64,000 bases of DNA from Fimicolochytrium jonesii (lineage: Eukaryota). Below are positions 25,294 through 36,684 of this stretch, piece after piece (the first letter of the stretch is position 1; the number at the start of each line of letters is the position of its first letter). Location of the stretch: positions 1 to 64,000 of the forward strand of contig NW_026515700.1 of the NCBI RefSeq assembly GCF_025526975.1, in the 5' to 3' direction. The position numbers and the translations under genes were made by a program. The notes beneath the pieces were generated by a model, which saw nothing but the letters and a program-made list of their open reading frames with translations, was not told the DNA's origin and made no database searches.

Positions 25294-25552
25294 GGCGGTA
25301 GGTGGTTCCGAAGTACGAGCAGCTATTTAGTTCCTTGGACTGTCACCACCGGGTTATCTGTGCTATGTATTCTGTTCCGGTTTCGTTCAGTTCAGCGGTT
25401 ATGGCCATGCCCTGGGTTATGGCGTGCCAAATTTCAACTTGCAACCAGTGCAACCTCGTTCGCGTCTCGTATGTAGAACCGAACTTGCGCAACTGTCCAG
25501 GTTTCGCCATTGCCCTTACACTCTCTCCAAACGACTATCCGGAGCCTTCAAT

Positions 25553-27185
25553 ATGCTCAAACATCAGACTGACGGGTCCGCGCTAGGCCCTCATTACTCG
25601 TCCGACGCGGAGAACTTCTTCCAATCCGACCGCGATCTAGAGATTGCACGAGCACGCGAACAGAAGAAAACGCAACTGTCTGGGAAGAAGGCACCCGGGA
25701 ATCCTTACCAGCTCACCTCTAAGGTGTTGGCGTTCTCAATTGTGGAAAACATTCCTGCAGGGGCGGCCGAGTACGCCTACATTGCGGAGTCTGGACATGT
25801 TGCGAGGAAGATAGAGCTGAAGGCAAGGTGACGAGCTCTTGGCTGGAGCGGGTTAACTTTGAAAGACGAAGGGCCCTGGACTGACTTACTGGGGACAACC
25901 TCCTTTTCCATACGTTCATGAAGACTGGCAAGCCCATCATGACATTCAGAGGGCATTCCGGGCCGGTAACAACAGTAGCAGTGGTGCACGATGCTTCGGG
26001 AAACGACGTACAATTGTTCACAGGGTCGTGGGATAAGACGGTCAAGAAGTGGGATGTGAAGGTACGTTGAGCGGAGCGGAGTCAGTTGCGATTCTACCGT
26101 GCCTGCTGACTTACTGGCCACCCAAATAGACAGGCGTTCTCTTAGCGACCTTAGAGGGCCATTCAGACTTCGTCAAACGAGTGATCACTTTCCACAAATG
26201 GATCTTCAGTGCATCCAGCGACAGCACGATACGGCAATGGGACATTGCGACGGGGGCCTGTGTGCGAGTCTTCAAAGATCATAACAGAGCTGTGGAGGAT
26301 TTAGTGATTGCAGAGGACGGCCTCCATATATTCTCTGGGTCGTCTGATACATCGATCAAGAAATGGAACATTGCAACTGGACAGGTTGTTGAAAACCTGA
26401 CTGGGCATCAAACCTCGGTCTATGCGTTGCAAATTGCGGAGGGGTCTCTGTGGTCAGGTAGGTGGTGCTACCTGTCGCAAGGATGTACAGGGCGGAGCTC
26501 ATGAAACCACCCCTTTTACCTCATAACGCAGTTTCCGCGGACAAAACGGCAAAACGATGGGATCTGGAGGTATGCTGCTTACCATCGCTCAAACCTCTGT
26601 TGTCTGCTCGAAAAGACTGCCGTTTGACGTCAGGACTTCATCAGACAAACATAGCAGATTCGACGTTCGAGCATCCCGACTTCGTCCGCTCGCTTTGCGT
26701 TTTCCCTGGTGGAGCGCACTTGGCTACTGGCTGTCGGGACGAGAATGTTCGGATATGGGACGTCGGCGTAAGTTTTCAACATCCAGGCCAGAGCCCAAAC
26801 CTTATGCCATTGACTTACAGGATTTTGTAAACAGACAGAAAAGTGTGTGAAAGTCCTGACCGGGCATTTTGGAGAAGTTTCGGATATCAAGCTCCGAGGC
26901 TCTACACTATGGACCGCCTCTTTAGATGGGACGATACGGAGTTGGGCCATCACACGTAAGTTCATATGGTGCATTCAGCTCGCTCTGACTTTTGTGATAA
27001 ATCATGCTTCTATCAACGTACTAGCGAAAGACCTCGAGAAAGGTGCGAGCACGGCTGAAGAGCCATTGAAGATACAAGCGGACGAACAGATCATCCCGAA
27101 AGCAAAGTCAAAATGGAAAAAGGAGGTCAAGATGACGGCAGAGGAGGAACAGGAGCTGGCGGATTTGATGGGTGACGATGAATAA
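25553..27185 (+). CDS. WD40-repeat protein
   Basis: Repeats such as GHSGPV..FTGSWDKTVKKWD, GHSDFVK, SASSDSTIRQWD; C-terminal MTAEEEQELADLM. Confidence 0.88.
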
Positions 27186-27424
27186 TGCATTCGATACGAG
27201 TGTGGCCGGTGGATACACCTCTGTCGCCACTCGTATCTAGGGGTCACTAGGACATCTGTCGTCAGGTTGGGGATATTCGGACAGTCGTATGTCTGGCCAA
27301 CGCTATTAGCGTAATGAGTTGGGATGTCCAGCAGAATGGGGAGGGAGGCCATTGACGGGGACAGCCCTTCATATAATCGAATGCATAAATGATGGGTGTC
27401 ATGCAAAGCTGAAGTGACTGTGTC

Positions 27425-27521
27425 TGAGATCATGGTGCATATACTGTACAAGTTGCCATCATCGGCGATGCCTCCGGCAGAGGTACAATAATGTGGATGG
27501 CAGATAACCACCACGGAAAAT
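27425..27521 (-). ncRNA. Putative Fanzor omegaRNA (scaffold ~27521-27442 plus flank-derived guide)
   Basis: Lies between the Fanzor stop and the element 3' end. Foldable stems GTGGTGG/CCATCCAC, TGCC/GGCA with CATC/GATG, and TTGTAC pairing with terminal GTACAG. Confidence 0.7.
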
Positions 27522-27541
27522 GGGATGGGGTGAAATCTAGA

Positions 27542-30500
27542 CTACCGGTTACGGGAAAATGCGTCTGGTCTGCGGCCATTGCCAAACACCACCGAACGCA
27601 CAATCGAGAGGAAATTCTTGGTGCTCAGGACGTCCCGATTGTGCACTTTCATCCGTAGTGGTTGTCTCCCAGGAATCTCAAATGGCGTCCAGTCTTGGTT
27701 GATACATTCGGGGTTGGGGCAACCCAGCAATCCATGGACGTATTCCATTCTTCCCCTTCTAGCTTGCCACGGCCAAGGTGACAGCCGGCGTCGGATGTTT
27801 TTCTTCACACGGCCGTGGCAGTCTGGGCACACGGACGACGTTCGATACTCATCCAGCAAGTAGCATGGAATGCCGTTTCTCGCAAAGAGTGTGCGGAATC
27901 CGATTTCCATGATGAGTTAGCATATTAAAATACATAAAAAACAATGATGGTCACTCACCCCTTGGTCTTTGATGACTCCTGAAAGCGCATTGTTTTTCCA
28001 GCATCGCTCCAATCACCCAGGATGACCGAAAAATGCTTTCCATACCGGTGTCGCATGTTCTTAATGAGCTTGCTCTCAGACTTTTGCCGCAGTGAGAACG
28101 CCTTGAATCTGCGAGCGACGTGAATCTCATCCCGGTAAAACTCATCCAGGGCGGGATCTTGAATATGGATGTCAGCCCATGTTTACCCAACTTTGAAGAC
28201 GATACATGATACATCATACCTGCATGTATGTGATCCACAATGAACGCTGAGAACTCCTCGATGTTCATGCTCTTGTGCGACGGAATCTGTGATTCCATCT
28301 CAGCAACGCCAGCATTGATCTTCCGCTCTGTCATGTCTCTCCGAAAGTACCGCGATTTTGTCTCGACCGCCCGTTGATTGGATGTGTATCTGGTATGGGG
28401 TGGTGCATTGTGAGAACGCTGCAACGGAATGTCGCCGCAATGGGGATGGTGGGCGGAGACGGGAGGCTGGCGGGCGGAGACGGGGGGCTGGGGGCGGAGA
28501 CAGGGGGCTGGCGGGCGGAGACGGGGGGCTGGCGGGCGGAGACAGGGGGGGGGGTAGCGGAGACGGGGGGCTGGCGGGCGGAGACGGGGGGGGGGGGTAG
28601 CGGAGACGGGGGGCTGGCGGGCGGAGACGGGGGGCTGGGGGCGGAGACAGGGGGCTGGCGGGCGGAGACGGGGGGCTGGCGGGCGGAGACGCGGGGGGGG
28701 GGGGGGGGGGGGGGGGAAGGGGGGTAGCGGGGACAGCAGGGCAGTAGTAATCAACTGAAACGTACCGAAATGGCCGCTCCTTCTCAATATCTCGACAGAA
28801 CAGGAGGTCACGCTTGCCCGGATCAATGCAGACGATGTTTGGAGCCTCCCGTAGTTCGGCGATGTGGTGCTCAAAATACAACTGCTTGACTTCTTCCCGC
28901 ATTTGGGCCTTGCTGCGCTTCCGGGCCCGATGCCCATACTTGAGCCCTGGCTTCTTGAAGTGGATGGTAACGGAATACCCGTTGGTGCTAATTGACCCAT
29001 CGAACTTGAGACCAAGCTTCTTTCGATGTTTGAAGACCTTGTCCTATAATCCGTCATTCAGCGAAGTAATCTGATTGAAATAAGCACATAAGGATAGAGA
29101 CTTACATTCACGTTGATAAACTGCCCCCACAGCTCCCGCTTGCGTTCATCAGTGAGTTTCCCCATGCGACGTCGGCCAACATCCAGGATATGAGTGCCTA
29201 GGATCAGCGTGTCGATCCGAACAGATGACTGGATTCGAGATTTGCGCAGTGGGATAGCGGAAAACAGCCGCATTCCACGGCGCTCATAGAGGCATGAGAG
29301 CTCACAATAGGCACCTCTGGTGAGACAGGAGTGGACCATGATTAGACAAAAGAGGAAGCCAGGGGGAGGGGGGGGGGGGCGAAGGGGGCGAGCGGTTAAG
29401 TCGACGCCGTGGCGGTGGGCAAGAGCATCGGCCGTGCCCCGGGCCCGCTGTGCACGCACTGGGGGCGTCGTCAAGGCGGGGGAGGAGGGGGGGAGAAGGG
29501 GAGGGGGGGGGACCCGCAGGAGCCAAGCGTGCGGGCACCCCAGCGGCGACAGCGCATCGCGAACCACGTTGGCCGGGGTCCTGGCAGGCAGCCACTCAGC
29601 CAGGTCGGCATACCAAGCGAGGCACTGCACAGCCACGCACGAGCCTGGGGGGGGGGGGGGTGAAGATACAGGATGCAACCCACCTAAATATGGCATTGCG
29701 TCCACCGCAAGGTTGTACGCAAGCGGCTCATCCTGGGGAGGAAACAGAGCCCATAGCTCGTCGAGGACAGTCTGCTCAAGTCGTGTGAGGCGCGCAAACT
29801 CCTCTTCGGTTGGAAACTCTTCAAACGTCGCAAATTTTGTAAATTGACGGACCCGCTGATAATACTGTCTCCGCTGCGCTCGGTTGACTCTGGCTCTCCG
29901 GAGATGCAGTGCGACTTGCTTCAAACCAATCCTTTCGTTGATGTAGCGCAGAAGCATTTGCATGAAATGCTCTTGTACGTTGACTTTGAGGTTTGTGAGG
30001 ATGCTCTGAGCCGTGTATGCTGCCGTCTGTTGGCAATTTCGCATGCGTATGGGGGCGAATCCGTAAACATTACAGTAGTCTTGAACCCATGGACGCAACT
30101 CTTGCGTGATGACCGGATTGCCGTTGTAGCCCGGATTGTTTAGCAGCTCAAATATCATGCCGATGTGCTTGTCCATGATGTCTGGGAAATCGTGCAGAGG
30201 ATGATCAGCTGTGGTGGGCAGACGTAGTAGTCAGGACATTGTTTCAGGAAATATACAGTGTAGTGTACGCCAAAAACTCACCAAGGTAGTACTTCAGGAA
30301 GAAGGTGGTGTGGCGCGCAAGGATGTGAACATTGCCGATGAATGTTCTGAGGCGCTCCCTTTGAACTTGATTCTGATGATTCTGATTATGGATTCGATGA
30401 AGGGAAACCTTGGTGCAGGCATGCGTCTGCGGGCGGGGTCGTTGAGCAGGGGGTGGAGGCGGGGGTGGAGGCGGGGGTGGAGGCGGGGGCTCATACGCCA

Positions 30501-30846
30501 GGGGTCCACCCGGTGTGCTGGGAAAACGGAAAGGGATGTCAGCCGGGAGGTTCAACGGACGCTGCAGACCCCTTTTCACAGGTGAAAGCCCTCGATGCTG
30601 GTGCTGCCCGTCGTCATCGCCGGAACTCTCGCTGACCATGTCTGCAATGGCTTCGGGCAAGTGGCGACGGATAGACGGTGGGAACTCAAATCGCGGGGGT
30701 GATTGCAATGGTGTCTGCACAGTTGGCAGACGTATGGGCAACCGCGGGGTAGCCGGAGCAACCTTCCTCCTCTTCCGCCGTGGTGTGGTTGCTCCAGTAA
30801 AGATGCCACACCACAGGTGCCCCTGGAGCGCCTGGTGTGATGACAT
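27542..30846 (-). CDS. Fanzor1 (eukaryotic TnpB-like RNA-guided RuvC nuclease), ~7 exons; start uncertain
   Basis: Spliced product: TKVSL..HTTFFLKYYL, FSAIPLR, FDGSISTNGYSV, CIDPGKRDLL (RuvC-I D), FRYTSNQR, ILGDWS, LLDEYRTSSVCPDC (RuvC-II E + Zn), VHGLLGCPNPEC, HNRDV (RuvC-III D). Introns 30209-30281, ~29316-29683, 29044-29105, 28390-28765, 28158-28219, 27900-27958. Confidence 0.92.
28449..28716. repeat. GC-rich ~21-bp minisatellite plus poly-G inside a Fanzor intron
   Basis: Roughly 11 imperfect GGCGGGCGGAGACGGGGGGCT units followed by a G run. Confidence 0.9.
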
Positions 30847-31456
30847 GTTGGGTGTGCTGTGCCTTTTGCGTGCCTGCTAGAGATGAGGTGTATGCAGGTG
30901 ATTGCCGTGATGGATTGCCGGGAAGGAAGGGGGTTGAAGGAGTAGAGTGGGGATCCCCACGTTTTTTACACGCGTGTAAAGGATGTGGGGCAGCTCTGGG
31001 GTTGATTGTGGAACTCGTTACTTTATTCCCCTTCACACATTGGGAGCCGCCGGAGGCGAGTGACGGCTATGGCAGCAAAGTACAGTATGTCAAGTTGGCA
31101 AGCGCTACACTGCGCTATATACTAACCCTCCCTACGCAGCCCAACCACAGTGATTCGCAAAAAGCTAAGCTATGTAAATGTGGGAATCAATATGCGCTTA
31201 TAGGGAGATTGATGAATTGCACGCATTTTTTCACCCATAATCATCGGATCTCAGCAGAGATGGAGGTGGGCGGCGTGAAGTAATGAAGTCTTCTTCAGAA
31301 AGCAGTTCCATCATGGTTGTGGCTTCATCACCGGTGAGCGTAGTGCCGCTAGACCAACGTATTGCTAGAGCAACATATTGGATGCTGATGCCTTGGGGCT
31401 TGAATGCAGTGCTCAGGCTGAAAGAGTTGTCGCCTTTGTTCTCGACTATGACAGCG

Positions 31457-31650
31457 AAGCGATTGCGGAAGGCGAGAGAGCGTACCGCGAGTGCCCAAAT
31501 CCAGGCTGCACCTCAAGCGATTGCAGGAGTCGAGAGCGTACCGCGAGTGCCCAAATCCAGGCTGCACCTCAAGCGATTGCAGGAGTCGAGAGCGTACCGC
31601 GAGACTGCCCCTATTCCGGGCTGCCCCAAGCGATTGCGGAAGGCGAGAGC
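31457..31650. repeat. 56-58 bp tandem repeat (~3.4 copies)
   Basis: AAGCGATTGC unit starts at 31457, 31515, 31571, 31628. Confidence 0.9.
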
Positions 31651-32869
31651 AGGACGTTGAGCAACGTCGACGGCGAAAGGATGTACTGTACAGACAGGTT
31701 TGAATTACTGCTGGGGCAAGAATGAGAAGACTGGTTTTGGAGTCACCTTGTAAACAAAAAGCGAAACAGGAAGCTGACGTGACGGGTGTGCTGTAGGTGT
31801 GTAGTTCAAAGTTGAAAGATCTTGGCAATGGCGATGGCAATGGTGTTGGCAATGGGGGTGACCATGGCGGTGGCAATGGCGGTGAGCGGATGTGGAAGAA
31901 CCGGTGAAGAAAACCTGCGGCTATGGGACAGCGTAGTAACAAGGCTGGCCACGGCGGCGTTGCTAAGTGCAGGTCCAGGGCTGGCCAGAAGTGCAGTACC
32001 GTATATTGGGTACATTTTGACTGTCGGATGATGGTCAGAAGTGGTTAATTCCCAAATACAAGACACGGGAAAGCTGTGCAGCAATCCACTCTTTGCCGCG
32101 AGCCACACGGAAGTGCTCGATAAACGGGTCTCTCGCGCATCTCGAGCCCAACTCGATTTACTAATTGTCGATCCCAGTAAATTGGGGGCCTGAAACGGGA
32201 GGAATTAAACGAAAAGGACCGTGAGGCAGAGGAAAAATGGTCGTGGCTCGAGCTGTTTGAGAGTGGGTAAGGTTGCTTTCTGTTGCGATAGTACGTACGG
32301 TAGTTGTGCTGTTCAGTTAACACCCACGAAGCGCCGAGCGCGACAGTAGTTACCACGCCGCGCCTAGCGCGACAGGGGTCATAATCTGAACAAAGAAGTT
32401 GTCTGGGAGTGGGAATTGAACTCGCTACCACGTCTGCATGGAGAGCAATATTCAACTGTGCCAAAGCGCCAGTGTTGTCAGAATGCAATTACAGTAGTAC
32501 CAGAAGGGTGTACTGTACGGTACAGGTCAAAAGAGCGTCCGAGAGAGCGTTCCATCACGTGGGTTTCATCACGTGAGCGTTGCGCAGGCTTTAATAAGTC
32601 TGATGTACGCATTTTGTGTCTGCACGTTTCGTTCTGGATCGACGTGTCTTGCTTTCTTGAACTTCCAAGCGACCCCAATTGCCACATAACCATCGCCTCC
32701 AGCACAGCCGTAACCAACGTATTCTTCGTTTGATACCGTGAAGACAGCACTGCTCTAGTACAGTGTACTCTGTTCTCAAGACCTCGTGAGTGCCTTCACA
32801 GTATCCAACGAATAGTCCTTTGCATGACACTGTTTTGCTCACCGCCTCGGCAGAGAATTTATCGCACAT

Positions 32870-33870
32870 ATGGACCCAACAGACCCTCAACAACAGTCCA
32901 CACTCTCAACGTCCACCCTAGACGCCCACATCCGCCGACGTATCACCACGTTCCAATACATCATCTCCCTCTACGAAGGGAAAGCCCACTACCTCGGAAT
33001 CGTCCAATTAAGAGCAGAACATCTGCTCCCCCCAAAAGCCGACCACATCAAAATCCGCAGGCGGATACAGCGATGGATCGGGTTGGGCCATGCGTTGGGC
33101 AATCTGCTGGAGATAATGACCGTCGGTGACTTTTTGAGGCAGCTTTCAGGCGTGTTTGGGGATATGGAGAGCGAAGGCGCTGGGGACGTGAAGACGGGAG
33201 GGGCGGGGGAGGGTGGGGGGGTCGGGAGTGGGCAGGGGAGCAATGCGCGGCAACGCATGGTGAGTGATGATGCTGCCATCGTGAGGGTCAACGATGGCTT
33301 ATGAGATTCGGGTGGGTGGAAATTAAATGAGGGGTCTTGACATGTTGGCTTTGATAGAAACGGATATTCTTAGGAAAAGCGTCTCGACTAAGTCCTCTCA
33401 CCGACACCTCCACCACTCTGTCAATCTCAGACCCCATAAATGACGCATATGCCGATTCACATCATATCGTACGTGGCACCATCATCCGTCTTTCCAGTCC
33501 AGCGGACGCACTGATCACTTGTAAACTAACGCCCTTGATATGCAGCCGTTCGACTTCGATTACTCGCAGATCCTCTTCGCCTTCTTCGACCTGCTGGTAA
33601 TCGCCTACAGCAAGTTGTTGGTCAACCCAGAAGCATTCAGAAACCAGACGTATGTCGAGTATTTCACGAGGACCGATTCGAAGATCAAGGTACGACGGAA
33701 GGAACTCGGAGAGCTTCCCGTTTCCAGCAGATTCAAGGATCACCACGCATCTCGCTGACTGTTGATTTATATGTAGAAAATCATTGCCCTGGTGCTCAAT
33801 GATGTAGAAACGGTTGCCCGGTCCTTCCTAAGAGATGAGATGCGGATGTTGATGACCTTGGACACATGAC
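32870..33870 (+). CDS. Conserved fungal hypothetical protein (YKL075C-like)
   Basis: RRITTFQYIISLYEGKAHYL; PFDFDYSQILFAFFDLLVIAYSKL; FTRTDSKIKK; canonical introns. Confidence 0.6.
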
Positions 33871-34260
33871 AGAGTATAACCTTCAGCACCGTAGCTACGT
33901 TCACATACCCACATAGGGACGTTTTCGCAACTGTTGGGCAGTCTGCACGGTACGACAAGCTGGACACTGGAAAGGCAAGCCTCCACGCTGCAAGTCCGTG
34001 TGCGCAAGGGCTCAGCCAGGAAGCTTTGATTTGAGGAGAGGGCCGCGCGTAACAAAGGGGTGTTCATCAGGGCAACCGAAGATGTTACCCTCGCGGTCTG
34101 ACTGAAGGATACGTGTTACCCATGGGCAACTAACACAAAGTCTTGATACCTCATGAAACATCTGTTACGTAACATCCTTAACCTATACTCGTGGATGCAA
34201 CATGGAGATTGTTGCAAAACACTGAACCTATACCAAAAAAACTGCGCTATCTGCCGATCA

Positions 34261-36366
34261 CTACGGAGGTGTTCTGGAAGACTGCCCCTGCTCGCCCTGC
34301 GGTGCTTTCAGTGTGGTCACCAAAATATGATGCATGACGTTCATGTTGGACCAGTAGGAGAAATGCGCTCTGAGCCCGGACAGATACTGAAAGTAGGGGC
34401 AAAATTAGCCGTCTACAATAAGTCCCTAGCTTAAGAAATAATACCGCCCACCCACCTGCTGGAAGACGTTGTCGATAATATTATCCTGCACATAAAAGTC
34501 CTTCCTCTCCGCGTCCGGCGGCGGTGAGAAATGTTCGGGCCTATCAGAAGCCTGATCTTCGGGCTGCGTCCCATTCGTCTGCCCGCCAGCAGAGTACGGC
34601 CGATCGTGCGCATGCGACAGATCATTCGCGACTAACCGCAGCGCTTCTTCGCGGCCTACCAACTCATCGACTACGTCCCTTGTTGTTCCAAGAACGCCTG
34701 GGTTGTCGTTATCGGACTGCTGGTGGTCATCGTCGGGTGCCAGTCCGTCGAGATCGGAGTCGGATGGGTCGACGGTAGGCTCGGTTTCGGCGCCTGCTGA
34801 CCCACTGGAGAGGCTTTTAATGGACTTCATCACCATGTCCGCGACGGAGGACGCGTATGAGCGCGCGGAGCTTAGTGGATCAGTTTCTTGTCCTGACGAT
34901 TGTGGAGGCGGGGTTACGGAAGAGTCACCAGCACTCCTTCCATTCTCATTCCCATTTCCATTCCGCCTAGGCCGCCGGGGTTTCCGACGTGGCGGCCGAC
35001 CACCCAAATCCGTTGGTCCAGATTGCATATCCTCCACGTCAGCCGAGACTGCGCGTCGTTTTCGCTTGCGACTGCTACGCTGGTGTAGGGACGTGCCCTC
35101 GTCGCCATCGCTTTGAATTTCGACAGCGAACGGGGATAGCGTATCGCCGTCCAGCCGCCGCCGTTTTCTCGGCAGCCACCCCGCTTCTGCATTGTCTGCC
35201 GCTGCCACACGGGCAGCCTCTTCTGCCATATCAATGTTCTCGCTCCAAAACCCGCTGGCTGCCCACAATGATGGCATGTGGCCTTTGAAGAAGTCCAGCG
35301 TTGGCAACGGTAACGAGGGCCGGGGGAGTTGCAGCTGCGATATAATGTTTGGAGGCATGGTGGGCATAGCGGGCATTGTCGGCATCGTCGGCATGGCGGG
35401 CATCGCTGGCATAGTCGACAGATCGGGCAGTTGCGAGAAGAAAAGGTTCCGGTAATACGTGATGGTGGGAATGCGAGCGCTAGGCCGCTGCAAACATACA
35501 GGACCGACTTCTACGTAGCGGGGATCGAATAGCGGCTCGATCCGGTACGCCTGCATTGAGCGAATACGGGTTTAGCTGCGCGCTATGCGGGGACACGTAA
35601 ACGAGAGGGAATCATACCAGCGGATCGTACAGATGGAAGATGTTCTGAAACTGAATCTCCGGTGGTGGGTGGTACGTCAGCGGCGATTGGCCTCTCATCG
35701 TGAGCACCGCACCTATAGGAGACCCGAGCATGAACAACGCGCCTGGCCGGAATTTGAGCTGCGGGTACCGCAATGGGAAGTGGGTTGATCTCTCGCGGTC
35801 GGGAGTACTTGCGGGTTTCGAATTCGCTGGGTCATCGATGTTGGAAAGCAAATCATAGCAAATGACGCCGCCAAGAGAGTGCCCAATCAGAACGATATGT
35901 CCATCGAAATCCGGGTGTTCTACCAAGAAATCGTCGTATGCTTGGTTGAGCCGTCGGACGATGATGTCCAGTATCGTCTGGCCATGATAGCTTGAGAAAT
36001 AGTAGAGTACGTCTGCTAGGATATCGTTGTTGATGGCCCGTAATATGGAGCAGGTGGGTAAGGTAATGGAGTTCATGCGCCTGTCCTTGGCAATGTAAGG
36101 GATGCTGTGTTTCGAGAGATACTTGCAGAAGCTGTGCAGAGGACTCACCGGTCGACAGAGTCAAGGGCATGAAGTTCCTGATGCCATTCTATTGGTATCC
36201 ACGCAACTCGCGAATCTTCATCGGCAAATTCTTCCTTTAAGACTTCTTTACAGCCCTTTCGGAGGGAGGCCATGTTCTCGACGTAGCGCCGCTGGCGCCC
36301 CATCCCGTGAACGATAAAGCACACCTGGGAGACTTTGCCAGTCTCCGAAGCGGAGTCGGCGGACAT
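34261..36366 (-). CDS. DDHD-domain phospholipase A1
   Basis: FIVHGMG, IPIEWH, DVLYY, IGHSLGG (catalytic Ser), MLGSPIG, NIFHLYDP-AYRIEP, AHFSYW. Confidence 0.93.
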
Positions 36367-36684
36367 GTCGTCTGGGGGAATGAGGAGGTTGAACTAGCGC
36401 GGCGGAGTTTGTAGACCTGTGGAAGAGAGGTTCAGGTCATCGAAGCCCGACTTTATATGTAGCGAAGGGGATAAATGCTCGCTTGCTGGCCTTCCAAAGC
36501 AAGAGGGAGCATACGCCGGCAGCAATTGGGGCTCTCACCTCAAATGGGCGCGGGAGAAAGCCTCGTCTACCCGCGAGAACCCCGGAGACGGGCGGAGAGG
36601 GGCTTTCGCACGCGCAGTCCCCTTTCGCCGCTTGGACATCAAAAGCTCGCACATCTCCCCAGCAAGCCAGACCACTACCCCAAG

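Larger units (their letters stand above)
27444..31085 (-). mobile_element. Non-autonomous TIR DNA transposon carrying Fanzor1 (TA TSD, Tc1/mariner-type ends)
   Basis: Imperfect TIRs: CTGTACAAGTTGCCATCATCGGCGATGCCTCCGGCAG (27444-27480) versus the reverse complement of 31047-31085, CTGTACTTTGCTGCCATAGCCGTCACTCGCCTCCGGCGG. TA at 27442-27443 and 31086-31087. No transposase ORF inside. Confidence 0.85.

Noticed and set aside
27193..27237. Hairpin as the Fanzor omegaRNA
   Set aside because: Lies ~200 bp outside the TIR/TA-defined element end; the scaffold at 27444-27521 fits better
27951..29057. 368-aa proline-rich ORF and overlapping Gly-rich ORFs
   Set aside because: Read-through of the intronic minisatellite; only parts are true Fanzor exons
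31457..31650. CRISPR-like array next to the RNA-guided nuclease
   Set aside because: Units are contiguous near-identical tandem repeats without unique spacers; eukaryotic context
36462..36628. SRP RNA, RNase MRP/P or TPP riboswitch
   Set aside because: Lacks the SRP helix-8 internal loop, the correctly ordered P4 strands and the TPP core motifs
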